From Antedon mediterranea (taxonomy: Eukaryota; Animalia; Echinodermata): DNA of 64,000 bases. How positions within the stretch are numbered: position 1 is the stretch's first letter; each line of letters begins with the position of its first letter. The position numbers were made by a program, and so were the translations under genes. The notes under the pieces were generated by a model that worked only from the letters and a program-made list of their open reading frames with translations, searched no databases and had not been told where the DNA came from. Positions 12,701 through 27,700 of this stretch are shown piece after piece. Where the stretch lies: assembly GCF_964355755.1 (NCBI RefSeq), contig NC_092679.1, forward strand, positions 10,709,432-10,773,431, written 5' to 3'.

Positions 12701-15700
12701 TTTTGATATTAAATTTGATAGTTAAAGCCTTTTGAATGTTGCAGATTTTTAAAACAAAGGACTCAACTCCATACTTTACACAGGAATAGTTTTACACAAA
12801 AATGGCTTCAATCCATTCAAAGTCGCAACTCATTATGGCTCTGGGTTCGTTGATGTACTACGCGTGCTCATGTACGTGTGAACGGATTGTATAATTAGAG
12901 CGTTATAACGCCGTAATAAAGGCCTATTTACGGCGTTATAACGCCCTAATACGGCATTATAACGGCCTATTTACTGCGTTATAATGCCGTATTATTATAA
13001 AATAATTGTTTTCTTTGGCGGAAATCAGCCACCGTACAAACCACTTGAAACAATCACAAGCAAACCACTCCATAAAGCTAGAATATAACTAATGTTGCTC
13101 AAATTGATGAAGTATGAACTTGATGTGAGAGCATATCTTGATACGGTTGATTGTGATGCCCAACCCCTTGAACAGTTGAAGTATAGAGTGCATAGTCTAG
13201 ACGAAATATCGACCATATACATACTGGTGCTATTTGTGTACAGAAAAACAAATTGCTAACATCTCCTTTTCCATTTGTGAGTAATTAACTTCGGCTGATG
13301 TTAACGACCTAGAGGCAAACGCAACCGGATGACCCTATTGTCGTTCACAAACTCATCCAGACCCTGACCTTCGAGTCATTTATATTGCCAACATTCTGCT
13401 CGTAACCCCATTATCGGGTCCCGCTTACAGTAATCATCATACTTCGTACTGTATCAAAATCATACATAACCTTCCGGACCCAGTTCGCCTACAAGAGCAT
13501 TAAACATAAAGTTGTTGTAAATATCTAAGCCAAGCTCTTTCATAAAATTGCTACCTTTATTTCACCACTTTTACGTGCACTACCCATCGGGAAGAATTTG
13601 AATCAATGTTTGCACCTTTTCCAAGCAGCAGACACACTAGGACCATTAAAATCGAAGGGTGAAGACAGCTTAAATTTCATTCTGAGTGAATTTCCACTAT
13701 TCTGACACCATATTAAAGTACGACTGTTCACCATGGTTCTTTAATTTAGCTGCTTTATCAACTCACCGAGCGCAAAGCATATTAACAGAACAAACTAACA
13801 GGGATGTACTGTTATTTCGTAGTCATCATGATGTTGACTTTATACTTTTACACACTTACATTTTGCAGGTGTATCTTACAAAGAACAGTCCATGTCCATC
13901 AATGCTGAAAGATCTGTTGGCTGCTCCTGAGCTTTGTTTACTGTTTGGATGTACTGCAGTAAGTATTCTACAATAAACATCAAGTGCTTTATATTTTTTT
14001 TTTTCGAATAAAATTGATGCAAAAAAATGTAAAATAACTACTTTTTTTTGGATACTTTAAAATTGGAAACCTCCAACATACTTTAGATTTAGAGATCATC
14101 ACTGTTTAACCGTTTCATATGTACTGCATATTTTAAACATGGTTGTTACTTTACAACTTCTATTAAGGGGACATTTTCCTGAGAAAAGAGGAAAAATATG
14201 TTTTAACACAACGGCCAACCCCTAAAGGGACACATTTTCTTCTGTATTATTTCTACTGTATTACTTTTACAATTTTTTTCATTTTTGAATGATGTTTTGG
14301 GGGCTGTGTTACTAGAAGGTATATTGTTACAAAATATAAATTTGCCATATTGTGGTATTCAGCCTATTTAAAAATCCCAAAAATTTGCGGGTGATGGAGA
14401 TTCGCTGCAATAGACAATTTGCAGTTTTTTGGCTATAACTTTTGAAATCTATGGTTGTGCTTTGCAAAAACATATAATATTTAGAATTTTTTAAGATAAA
14501 ATTATTAACATATAAACGGTTATTGAGTAAATGAAAATTTAAAATCACGATAACGATCGACGATAAATAATATGCATTGTTCATAGTCATACATAAAACA
14601 AAAGAAATCTAAAAAGTTTTTATTGTAGAACTATTTAGGAACCATCTATGCTTTCTTTGATGAAAATGATATTTTCACACATCCAATCAAATGGTGTCAT
14701 GATTAGTAAGAGCAATAATATCGTAAGAATTTTTTTGTTTTATTGATCATGACGTCATTTCATTCGATTTTTTAAAATATTATTTATTATCAAAGACAGC
14801 ATAAATGTTCTATAATTCTATAATTTTCCCAGACCATCCCACAGCTGTACAGCCTAATTTATTCACATGAAATTAAAGTGTACCAAACAGTAGTTGAAAA
14901 AATAGTATTATCATAATTGAGTTATGTTTATGCTGTACAAAAAATGAGGATCAACGAAGAGGCCTACTATTCCGGAATCCACTGTGCATAGCCGTTTACC
15001 TGCCCTGACAGACGACAAATAAGACATTTATTATTTTTCATCCGTCATGACAGGTATTGTATGATTCCACCGTACATAGAAGTTTACCTGCCCTGACGGA
15101 CAACAAATAAGAAATTTATTATTTGTCATCCGTCATGACAGGTATTGTACGATTCCACTGTGCATAGCCGTTTACCTGCCCTGACGGACGAAAAATAAGA
15201 CATTTATTATTTGTCATCCATCATGACAGGTATTGTATGATTCCATTGTACATAGCCATTTACCTGCCCTGACGGACAACAAATAAGAAATTTATTATTT
15301 GTCATCCGCCGTCATGACAGGTATTGTACGATTCCACTGTGCATAGCCGTTTACCTGCCCTGACGGACGAAAAATAAGACATTTATTATTTGTCATGCAT
15401 CATGACCGGTATTGTATGATTCCATTGTACATAGCCATTTACCTGCCCTGACGGATGACAAATAAGAAATTTATTATTTGTCATCCTTCAGGACAAGTAT
15501 TGTACGATTCCACTGTACATAGCCGTTTACCTGCCCTGACGGATGACAAATAAGAAATTTATTATTTGTCATCCTTCAGGACAGGTATTGTATGATTCCA
15601 CTGTACATAGCCGTTTACCTGCCCTGACGGATGACAAATAAGAGATTTTTTATTATTTGTCATCTGTCAACAGGGCAGGTATTGTACGATTCCATTGTGC

Positions 15701-18700
15701 ATAGTCGTTACGTGACCTATAAAGAGATTGACAACCGAACGCAATATCTAACTCATCTTGATTGCAAAATTAGGTTCTGTTATCTATATTCTAAATGTTC
15801 CCGACCTTAAAGTAATTTATAAAACAATTTGATGAATCCTCCTCGACGTACCTCACCATCCCTTATTTGCTTAGGTCACACACGTGTAACAAATTAGATG
15901 TCATTACAACATGCATGTGAATATAATCTAACTAAAAATTTTCAAAATCACGTTCTATTATTGCGAATACGTTTTAATGTTTCATACATCAAAGTAAAAA
16001 AGTGTTATACTGTAGACATCTAGCTTGATTATAATTTATCCTACCCAACACACTTGCTAAAGTCTCGACACCGTATTATGATGGATGAAGCTGCAACGCA
16101 TGTAAAAGAAATCTAACTCATCTCCATTGCATAATTAGGTTCCATATTGCAATTGTTTTATGTTCCATAGGGCGAATATTCCCGACTGCAAAGTAATGCT
16201 ACAGTGTATTTGATTCGATTTCCCCTAAAAGTCCCCTACCTTTGACTAACCGTACCCACAGATCCCCATCATAATGTACCAATGAAATAATAGGTGAAAA
16301 AAAATATGATTATGTAACTCATATTTTTAAAGAACTGATAAATAAAATAGATAAATAATATTATTAAACCGGAATAGATTAAAAATGAAACTAAAAAACG
16401 AATCGTACGACGAAAAAAGAAAGTGAAAACTATGTATTAAAACATTAATTTGCAATTTTTAAATGAACTTCTGAAAATGCTATATTATAGTCTTATATGT
16501 ATTTTCTAAGATTTCCAAATATAAGCTTGGAGTTATTTTTTTAACAAATTCTATAAGGAGTTGAATATACAGTAGGTGTGTTTTTAGCGAAAGCGGTTAT
16601 AATTAAAAAATAGCGTGATGTGGGAAAAGCGAACAGGACTGAATTAAAGTTACTGGTTCAAAACAATGGACAGACTGAGAATGAGGCTGAATTAATGTAA
16701 CACATTAACATTAAAGTATAATCAAACGTTCTGATAATGAATTAGTCGAATCGGTAGCAATTAACAGCAAGGAACCAATAATACAAATAATATATGTTAA
16801 AGTAACTGTATAATAACTATAAAATCAAAATGTATAAAATCAGACTAATAATAATACCAAATTCAGGTAATGCGTATCACTGAATGTTACTAAAACAATT
16901 AAATCAAAGCTAAGTATTAGATTAAATTAAAAATGTATATAGATTTATGTTAAAAACCAACACAGTCGTCTACAATAACAAAGCCACAAGTAGCAACTCA
17001 GACCGCATTAAATACGGCTGGTAATGGTAAAATCATCAATCAACTATTTATCGTCATCCTATAACACGTGTTTGATACTAATGTAATTGTACAGCGTCAT
17101 ACACCAAATAATAACAATGTATTCTAGTCTATCTATTCTATTTAACTAAAACATCATATAAAACTAAGGATACCATAACTATGATGTGAATATAAAGTAA
17201 GATACGGAACAACATTATTACTGTGGTTAAGGATAACGGTGTGGGTAATCATACCTCAATGTTTAATTCAAGTTGGTAACATCGGTATGTGACCGCACCC
17301 TTCTTTTGTTACTTTGTATCAGACTAACATCACTGTGTTACTTCATGGTATTAATGGTTAATAACCGACCTAACTCATAATTATTATAATTAATACTTAT
17401 CTATATGTCCGATATGTTATTCCATTTCTACATTACTTTATGATATATTTACACTTAAAGATCGTTTACTTTAATAAACAAAATACGAACACAATATAAA
17501 TTATAAATCGTACATGTTATTAATAATAATAAACAGAAAATTGGGTGATTGATGTCAGATCATTAGCTCATTGATGTTAACAGGCGGACTGCAAGACTAT
17601 TTTCATGAATAGCGCTACCCTATACTAGTACTAGTCATCTCCTTTACAAACGAATTAAATTTCATTCACAGATAAAAATGTTACATATATTGATTGGACC
17701 TCCAACAAGTCTCAACCTCAGAAATATTTTCTGGCATGGATTTGCTTCACCAGGTGAAATTCCTATAATGTTAGTTGTTTTGTTATTTTATAAATAATAT
17801 GTAGTTGAAAGACTGAAACAACATTTTTGTTATGATACTTGTTGTTGAGTATAAAATAATTTTTTCTAAGAATTTGCATGTCAATGAGGAGAGCGCAACT
17901 GGTCTACTAATTGGATATCATTGCCTTATCCCCTGATTTGTGAACTGGAATTGTATTTACACATTTCCAGTCATTGGACACAATTGATTCAAATTTGTTA
18001 GAAAAATGCAACATCAGCGAATCATCAGATGATTTCAGCCACGTTTCCGTGGTAAATAATATTTAATCGAACCTATTTAGTGTCATAGAATGTAGCTAGG
18101 TTTAGAGACTTATTTCTAATACTGCGACAGTAATAGTATAAGATAGTGAGACGGAAACATAAATTCATAAGTCATTTCTTGGTCCTGGATCTGGAAGGAT
18201 GTCCCCTGATGTAATCAAAACATTGAAGTTAAAGTTGGCGGTAGACGCTGGGTAGTATTGCTTAGGTGCGTTTGAGAATTTTAATGGAATAATTATTGGA
18301 TAAATAAACGTAAACGTGACGAGTTGAAGACGAAAGTCTGTTGTTCCAAACCTCACCTTACCACCACCGTACTCAAACTATCAAACTCATTGTGATGATT
18401 AGAAATCCAGTCACAACTCTGAGCAAAGATGTTATTAAATAGATCCGATAAGTGTTGATGTTATCAATATCGAGTTAGATCAACGATGGTAGGTTACATG
18501 AGCAAGAGTAGCCCAAAGGAGTGCCACTATAATGTTCCAATGTGACGGGCGATAAATGCTTGAACAAGGGTGGTAAAAAGTGAGCTGAAGCGTAAATTCG
18601 TGGCTAGGATGCTCCACGTATTCATGTCCGTACACTTCAACGATCACATTCAATCATTTCTTTTTACCTTAGGCATATGGCTAGGAGTTCTCGTGGGTTT

Positions 18701-21700
18701 TGCTTTGTCATGTCATATCTTTAACAAGACCAAAAAGAACTTCAAATTGATCTGAAGTGATTCTGAAAAAAAACAGAAACGTAATAATGCATACTAACAT
18801 AGCCTACCTAGTTTACTTCTAGCCTAATAATATGTATTTTTTAAAAAGATAATAACTGCCCTATGATTATAGTTACTATTCTAAAAAGCAGCATAATGGT
18901 ATGCTGCAGTATGTGAAAGCATAGGCCTACGGTGACTAACGCTGAAGAATTATTAGAAGTAATTGTAAAATTTCTCTCTTTCTAAGACTAATCACGGATT
19001 AATGTCTGGAACATCTTCGTCATCGGCAATCTGCCATTGTTAATGTTTACACTCGTTCAACTTCAATGATTATAATTTGAATAGCGTGCGAACTGAAGAT
19101 GTCCGGGCTTGATGTGAACGTAGCTTTACAATACGAGTCCCGATGATTGTACTTTTAGTACGGTACTAACTATAATCAATTAATGCAAATTAATTATTAT
19201 TATCAATTAATAATTTTAAAAGTTAGACAAAAAATTATGCCGCTGCTATAATATATTGAGCAAAACGTTAAGTTGTATTATTCTGAATTAAATGTTAAAT
19301 AAGAAGTTAAAACCACAATTTCCAAAATTCATTTCATTCCACTATAAACTGCACAATAGTTCTGCTTAAATCATACTCCAAAATAAACAAAGAAAATAAG
19401 TAGCAGAAAAAAGCAAACTTTGCTCTGCTACCGGTATCACTGTTATTTCAAAGTTCGGAATGTTCATAATTACTGCGGAAATTTCCTAAAATGAATATAC
19501 GGAAATACAGAACTATACACAAATTTATGATTTGGGCCTTATATTATGGAAAACCCCTGGAAAAATGCAAACATTATGGACAAATCGATGACCCATATTA
19601 CAGGGTTTTTCCGAACACAGCATGTGTTGGCCTTCTTTCGTACCTCTCAAGATGCAACATAGGCCGGAAATATTACTCTTCTTGATTACAATTCTTGATG
19701 AATTGATACTCCCATAGCGCGGTAGGAATCAGCAAAATAATCGCATTTTGCGTTTAATGCGAACGTCTATGTAAGTTACTCTTGTTTGTTAATTTGTAAT
19801 TCAACGTTATTTTTATAATTCTTGGAATTTTTTTATTTTAAAATGTCTTTGTTTGGAGAGTAGAAATTGAACTGATCCACCAACCAGTGGTAAGAAAATT
19901 CAGCGCAGGTCGAGGTTTCCCCTTCATCATCAACATCATTTCACTGTGTCGTCCAACATAGGATTTTTCATTTAGTAATCACAATCGTGACTCTCTAACG
20001 CATGCCGGCTTTCGGCCCATCCTTCATCACGTTGAACGACCACGGAAAATTAATTGTAATTTTTCCCTGATATTTCACTTTTTTTTTATATGTGTGGTGT
20101 TATATTATGAATACTCGCAAACTATACCAATTAATTTAAATGCATTTTCCTCCCAAATTGTGATAAAATATGGTCACGCATATACTTCTGCTAAATGCGT
20201 GACAAATATGTGGTCACGCATGTGTTTGTTCAAAATGCGTGTTTCGTTTAAAATCACTTTGGAATGGGGTACTGTCCCGGTTGGTAACTATGTATATATG
20301 CATTATTTTTACAAAATTTTAACAATTGTAGAGAATGGGTCTTTAAATATATATATATAAATAAATTTTTTTAATGAAATAAAACTATGTTTTTTTCTTC
20401 AATAGGTATGCTTATTTTCTAATTATAATAGCTGTAAGTTTAGGAGAAGTTCTTTGTTCTAATCATGAATTGGTTCAAATTCCACATCGTCAATGGTTCA
20501 CATTTTCCAACATCAATCTAACAAAGCAAACCACTACAGGTATGGATTAAAACGTTTTAACTGTTAAAAAATTGTTTTTGTTTTATAAATTCCTTGCCCT
20601 CCATCAAGTATTTGTACAATCTTCATTATGCTCACTCTTCGGCAAAGTGTATAGTTGAATACTGTACTGTACTTTTCTAAAATTTAAGGCTAATTTGAAT
20701 CTAAAAAAAATTGCAATTGATGACAATTTAGAGATATTAGAGAGGTTTCGCAATCTTACAAATACGATAACGAAAACGGATACGTCACGCACACGTATTC
20801 GTTTTCGTAAGCCATAAAAAAATCTGTTTCGCATGGCAACGAAATATTGAGGCGCGTCCAAAATATGACTGCGGTAAATTTGAGCGAAGCGAAGGTACGT
20901 GTTCCTTGGTGCTTGGCTGGTTAGGCCTAGCGTAACATCAAAGCGAGTGAGGACTTTAAAAACTGCTATTTATCTAATTTGACCTGGCATTTTAGTAAAT
21001 TACTTTAGTAAACTAGAAAGCCACTCCGAGAGGGCATACCTCCGCCTACTGTAAAATTCTCCTACATAAGATTTCTCCGGTAAAAAAATATATATATATA
21101 TTTGTGTGTGTCTTAATGCTGTTTGTGATTTAGGCTAATTTCATTACAAGCATTTGTATGCGCGAGTTGGGTGTAATGGTTATGTAACAAGCCTTTCAAT
21201 TAACAATAGCTTCAGTCGACTAACAATAGAACAGCAACGCGAAAATCAAACGAGTGAATTTGAAAAGAAATAGGTTTTTTAAACTACTCGCATCAAAAAA
21301 CGTGCACATTAAATCAAATTATGTTTTAAAATTACAAATCGCAAATTATAACTCTTGCCTCTTGTTAAAAAATGAAGTTTTTTGGACAAGTAGTTCTCGA
21401 GAAAATGCAATTTTAGTTTACTTGTTACTTTAAGACTGCTCGCCGGCTTTTGAAAAATTCTTTCCAATCTTTTAACACTAGCAGGTCTAAAAAAGTATAC
21501 TAAAAAGTGGTCCAGAATTGGGACTGTGGTCCCAAATGGTCCCAAAATTTAATGGAATGGTCCTTGACCACATATCTATATGTCTATTCATTTTGGTAAA
21601 GATCTTGTAATTACTTTTTGAGTAATCCTGCTAACAAACAAACAAACTAACAAACAAACTAGCCTTCGCGCATAGCGCGATACTTGGCCAAATCAAAATT

Positions 21701-24700
21701 GGCCTCCTGACATTGACCCAATTTTCACCAAAAGTGTGTGTCTCATGCTGTGTGATTTAGGCTAATTTCACTACAATCATGTGTATACGAGTTTGGTGTA
21801 CAGGTTATGTAACCAGCCTTTCAACGAACAATAGCTGCAGTCGGCTAACAATAGAACAGCAACGTGAAAAACACACTGGTGAATTTGAAGAGAAATAGGT
21901 TTTGTAAACTACTCGCATCAAAAAACCTGTATATTAAATCAATTTATGTTTTAAAATTACAAATCACCAATTATAACTCTTGCCTCTTGTACAAAAATGA
22001 AGTTTTTTGGAGAAGTTGTTCTCGAGAAAATGCAATTTTAGTTTACTTGTTAATTTAAGACTGCTCACCGGCCTTTGATAATTCTGTCCTTTCTTTTAAC
22101 ACTAGCAGGTCTGAAAATCATTTTTAAAAGTGGTCCAGAATTGGGACCGTGGTCTGGATTTTAACCAAAATTGGGCAGTGTCGTCCTTGCACCAGGTGAC
22201 ATGTATGGTAGTAATTTGGAGTCATTCGAACCAAAACTGTGAGCGCTAGAGTGATGACAAACAAACAAACAAACAAACACACACACAAACCGCACCAATC
22301 AACATACTTGGCCAATTTTCAATTTGGCCAAGTAACAAATGAAAGCACTCAGAAACTGAGTGAAGTACTTGGCAAAATATATCCACTGACTGGGAGCATG
22401 TTGAAAGATACAATTTTTGCTTTAGGTATTAGCTTTACATGGTTAAAATACTGATTAGGTTAATAATTTGTTTAAATAATGTTTAATACAAACAATTCCG
22501 GCATTGCAACAATGACCTTTCTAAAATCAAGATTGACCAGAATAATGGTCGAGGAGTGTCTTGAAGCTGTGCGGATTTGCGGCGCTTCTGCCTTAACCCA
22601 TGTAGTAAGCTTAACCGCGTGACCAGTCGACTAATATTTTGGTCCATATCAAAGAATATGCCTATATTTAAAAAAAGACAGAATGCGTGCTTTTTAATAT
22701 ATCGTACGGAAGATAAGCTTTTGAGACATGACCAATATATCAGTTTTCCTGAAAATTAATAGGCATGTTCTGTAAATATATATACCTATGTACAGAATGA
22801 AATGAGGAAGGACACACGCAAGTACAGTACTAAAAAAACTAATTATCAACTAACAATAGTTTTATTTGAATAACAATAGAACAGGAACGCGAAAAACAAA
22901 CGGGTGAATTTGAAAAGAAATAGGTTTTTAAAAAATACTCGTATCAAAACACCTGTACATTAAATCAAATTATGTTTTAAAAATTACAAATCACAATTTA
23001 TAACTCTTGCCTCTTGTACAAAAATGATGTTTTTTGGACAAGTAGTTCTCGAGAAAATGCAATTTCAGTACACTTGTTACTTTAAGACTGCTCGCCGGCT
23101 TTTGAAAGTTTTGTCTCCTATCTTTTAACTCTAGCCGGTCTGAAAATAATATCATTTTTGTTATTTTTGAAGTTATTAATAAACCAATTTTGTTGATTTT
23201 CAATAGGCATGGTCTGAAAGTAAATACCTATCTACACCCAAAAATTCAGAAAGATAACTTGAAAACTGTAGGCGCTATCGTGCTAACAAACAAACAAATG
23301 AAAGCACTCAGAAACTGAGTGAAGTACTTGGCAAAATATATCCACTGACCGGGAGCATGTTGAAAGATACAATTTTTCCTTTAGGTATTAGCTTTACATG
23401 TTTAAAATACTGCTAAGGTTAATAATTTGTTTAAATAATTTTTAATACTAACAATTCCGGCATTGCAACAATGACCTTTCTAAAATCAAGATTGACCAGA
23501 ATAATGGTCGAGGAGTGTCTTGAAGCTGTGCGGATTTGCGGCGCCTCTGCCTTAACCCATGTAGTAAGCTTAACCGCTTGACCAGTCGAATAATATTTTG
23601 GTCCATATCAAAGAATATGTCCATGTTAAAAAAAGACAGAATGCGTGCTATTTAATATATCGTACGGACGATAAGCTTTTGTGACATGACCAATATATCA
23701 ATTTTCCTGAAAATCAATAGGCATGTTCTGTAAGTATAGAGCTATGTAGAGAATGAAATAAGGAAGGACACACGCCGGTACTAACAAAACTAATTATCAA
23801 CTAACATTAACAATAGTTTAATTTGAATAACAATAGAACAGCAACGCAAAAAACAAACGGGTGAATTTGAAAAGAAATAGGTTTTTTAAAACTACTCGTA
23901 TGAAAAAGCCGGTACATTGAATCAACTTTTGTTTTAAAATTACAAATCACAAATTATAACCCTTGCCTCTTGTCCAAAAATGAGGTTTTTTGGACCAGTA
24001 GTTCTCGAGAAAATGTAATTTCAGTTTACGTGTTACTTTGAGACTGCTCACCGGCTTTTGAAAATTGTCTCCTATCTTTTAACACTAGCCGGTCTGAAAA
24101 TAATATCATTTTTGTTATTTGTGAAGTTATTAATAAACCAATTTTGTTGATTTTCAATAGGCATGGTCTGAAAGTATATACCTATCTACACCCAAAAATT
24201 CAGAAAGATAACTTGAAAACTATAGGCGCTATCGTGCTAACAAACACACGCTACCGATTACATATACCTCCTTGGCGGAGGTAAATTACTTTCAATAAAT
24301 CTATAATTATATTATAATCATGAATCATTCCTAATTCAAATGCAAAATGTGCAAAATAGATCAAAAACTATACTCGTTTTGTAGTTACGAATATGACTGG
24401 TGATATTCGTCAACACGAATACGCTTTACGAATATGAAATGGGGATCAGCTCAAAAGTTTCACAAATGTATGACGTATCCGTTTTCGTTATCGTATTTGT
24501 AAGGTTGCGAAACCTCCCTATTGTGGATATCTGTAACCATTAACAAAGTTACATGGCATAACATAGAATGCTGGGAAGTCTCATTGAAATATAACCTTTC
24601 ATCATCACCTCATGCCATTATTTGTACTATTACACTCATAAACATTCATTATTTGTATAATATTTTTGGCCAAAAAATAATAAATGAGATCACTTTTTAA

Positions 24701-27700
24701 TTATTTTTGTGGTGTGTAGTGTGCAATATACCGCTGCTAAGATCGTAATCGTATATATCCTCGCGTAATTATCGTGTCCCTGTCATTAAACATATAAAAT
24801 CATAATTATCGACTCTGGAAACATTAATGTACCAAGACCAGAAAATATTAATGACATTGTTGATCTAGCAGTTTTTAAGAACAAATAACTACATTTGATT
24901 CATCTTAATGCTAGATCCCTTCTGCCCAAACTTTCTGAGCTCAAAGTAATTGCAGCCAATACCAAGGCAGACGTTATTTGTGTCACTGAGACATGGTTGC
25001 ATATGTCAATCACAGACAACGAAATAAAAATGAATGGTTATAGCTCTGTCAGATGTGACAGAAAATCAAAAATTGCTTTTAATGAAGTGCCTGTAACAGC
25101 AAACAGCAATCAGCAATCTGGAATCGGTATGGATTGACATACTTTTACCTAAGTCTAAACCTATTCTAATAGGGTGTGTCTATCGACCACCGAATCAGCA
25201 TTGCTTTATCGATGATTTCAACACCCTAAGTGGAGGTAATGAAAAAGAGACCATTATATTAGGTGATTTTAATATCAACGTTCTCAATCGAAAGAATCCC
25301 CTTACAAAACAGTATAAAGAGTTGCTGAATAATCATGGCATGGACCAAATAATTAAAGAACCATCCAGAATTACGTCAACATCATCAACATTGATAGACC
25401 ACATATTGTGTAACAACAAGCACACAATTACTCATAGTGGTATACTCATACGGTCTTAGTGACCACTTCATCACCTTTTGTATTAGAAAAAAGTCTCGTG
25501 CTAAATTAAACGAACATAAATTTGCTGAGTTTCGGTCCTTAAAAAATTATACACCCGAACTACTTAATTCCACATTATCTGAAAATATAGACTGGTCTAA
25601 CGTGTATAACTCAAACGATGTAAATATTGCTTTTAATAATTTTCACCAGCACCTTATAACACTAACGCCCGTATTCTTAAACCGGATTTTAGTCGTAGTT
25701 CGAAGTTCGACTTGAAAAAGTCGTAGAGCTATTACTTCAAATTCGATTCAAAAACGAAGTAGTCGAAGTTTGCAGTTCGACTTAATGAAGTCGAGCTTTT
25801 AGTCAAGTTGCACACGTCTGGGTAACAAAGGCTATACATTGGCCAATGACAAGAGAGTATTTGAGGAGAAGACTAAATTTTGCGCATTGATATCACTTTC
25901 CATTTCTTACAACACTTTTTACGCATCAGGACTATATACATGAAAAATAATTTTAATCGTTAATTATTAGAACAATATCAGTATTAATTTAACAGTGAAG
26001 TATATTTGATTAACAACAAATAAAATCTTCAAAATATATTTAGGAACCATGGCGGTACGGTAACTTTTATATTTTCTAGGCCCCCAACAAAGTATGATCG
26101 CCACGAACCACGCACTTCATAGCGTGACAAGAAAGCGCTAGGCCCTCTAAACATTCCATGGCGTGGTGAATTGCCGCATCTCCCATTGTCGCTATGGCGT
26201 GACGTAGCTCAAGTCGGACTTGCGCGAAGAAAATAATGTAATTTGTATACAGTTGTAAATAAAGATGATTTTCATTATTATAACTTATACCAATGTATAT
26301 TTAATTAAGCTAATATAAATATAGATATTTCATTCTTCAATATCTGGCCAATATAACAACTCAATGACTGTTACGTTTTTTATAAACATTGTTTAAAAAC
26401 CATTTAGTCGACCATTTAGCCTGCCCCCTCCAGGACTAAAAAAATCGATCAAAATCCGTCTCGATTTAGTCGAGGTTGGCCTGATTTAGTCGGTGATTTA
26501 GTTGAAGTTCGGTTTATGAATTAAAATGACGTCATTTTTTTAGTTTTAGCTCGAACTACGACTAAAGGCGTAATAGATAAAATAGCTCCAATGAAGCGTA
26601 TCCGCATTAAATCAAGAACTGAAGAATGGATGACAGGGGACATTCTTAGTTTGCTACGTGAACGAGACAGGCTGTTAAAAAAGTTCACTAACAACAAAAC
26701 TCAATTGCATATTTATGAAGATTATGTTAAAATTAGAAATTTAGTTCAAACTAGTATTAAAAATGCTAAAGCAGATTTTATAAAAAACAAAATATTAGAA
26801 AATAAAGTAAAACCTAAGGAACTCTGGAGAACTTTAACAAATCTAGGTTATAGTAATAAGAACATAAGTGATGCAAAGATAGTGTTAAAAAACGGAGATA
26901 GTACTATAAATGACCCTAAAGGTATTGCAACAGATTCTTTACTCACGTTGCTCAGGATCTCAGAAATAAGTTACCTCAACAAAGCAATCAATTTCTACCC
27001 GGTTCTAGTTACTTTAAAACTCATTATGAAAAATATAACAAAATTTAAGCTTGATCCTGTGAGAGAAGAATTTGTTGAAAAGTTTTTAAGTTCAGTAAAT
27101 CCTAATAAAGCCACAGGACCATTCCTGTTCAGTTTTAAAAGATGGAGCAATTTCCTTAAAAGGTCCCCTAACCCATATAATAAACCTTTCCCTTAAAACA
27201 GAAATTGTACCAGACCAATTTAAAATAGCAAAAGTAAAGCCGATATTTAAAAAAGGCGATCGTACTGACACAAATAACTACCGCCCTGTTAGCCTATTAA
27301 GTTGTACCTCTAAGATTCTAGAAAAGGCTGTGTATATCCAGCTAGCCAGACACCTGGAAGATAATGATGTGATAACAGATTCTCAGTCTGGTTTCAGAGA
27401 AGGGTTTTCCACTGAAACCTGTCTTACTCATTTATTGGATCATGTAAAATCAAAAATGGCCAATGGGTTTCTTACAGGTATGGTTCTGCTGGACATTCGA
27501 AAGGCCTTCGATTCGGTCGATCATTTCATTCTTTGTGATAAACTCAGAAGAATCGGATGCGATTCAACTAAATGGTTTCATTCTTATTTATCTAATAGGA
27601 AACAATTTGTTGAAATTAAGGGAGGTAAATGAAAAAATATGGCTATTGAACATGGCGTCCCCCAAGAGAGCATATTGGGACCTTTGCTGTTCCTAGTGTA

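Noticed and set aside
14976-15710. CRISPR array
   Set aside because: Palindromic repeats are present but the linkers are near-identical, there are no cas genes and the context is a eukaryotic intron.
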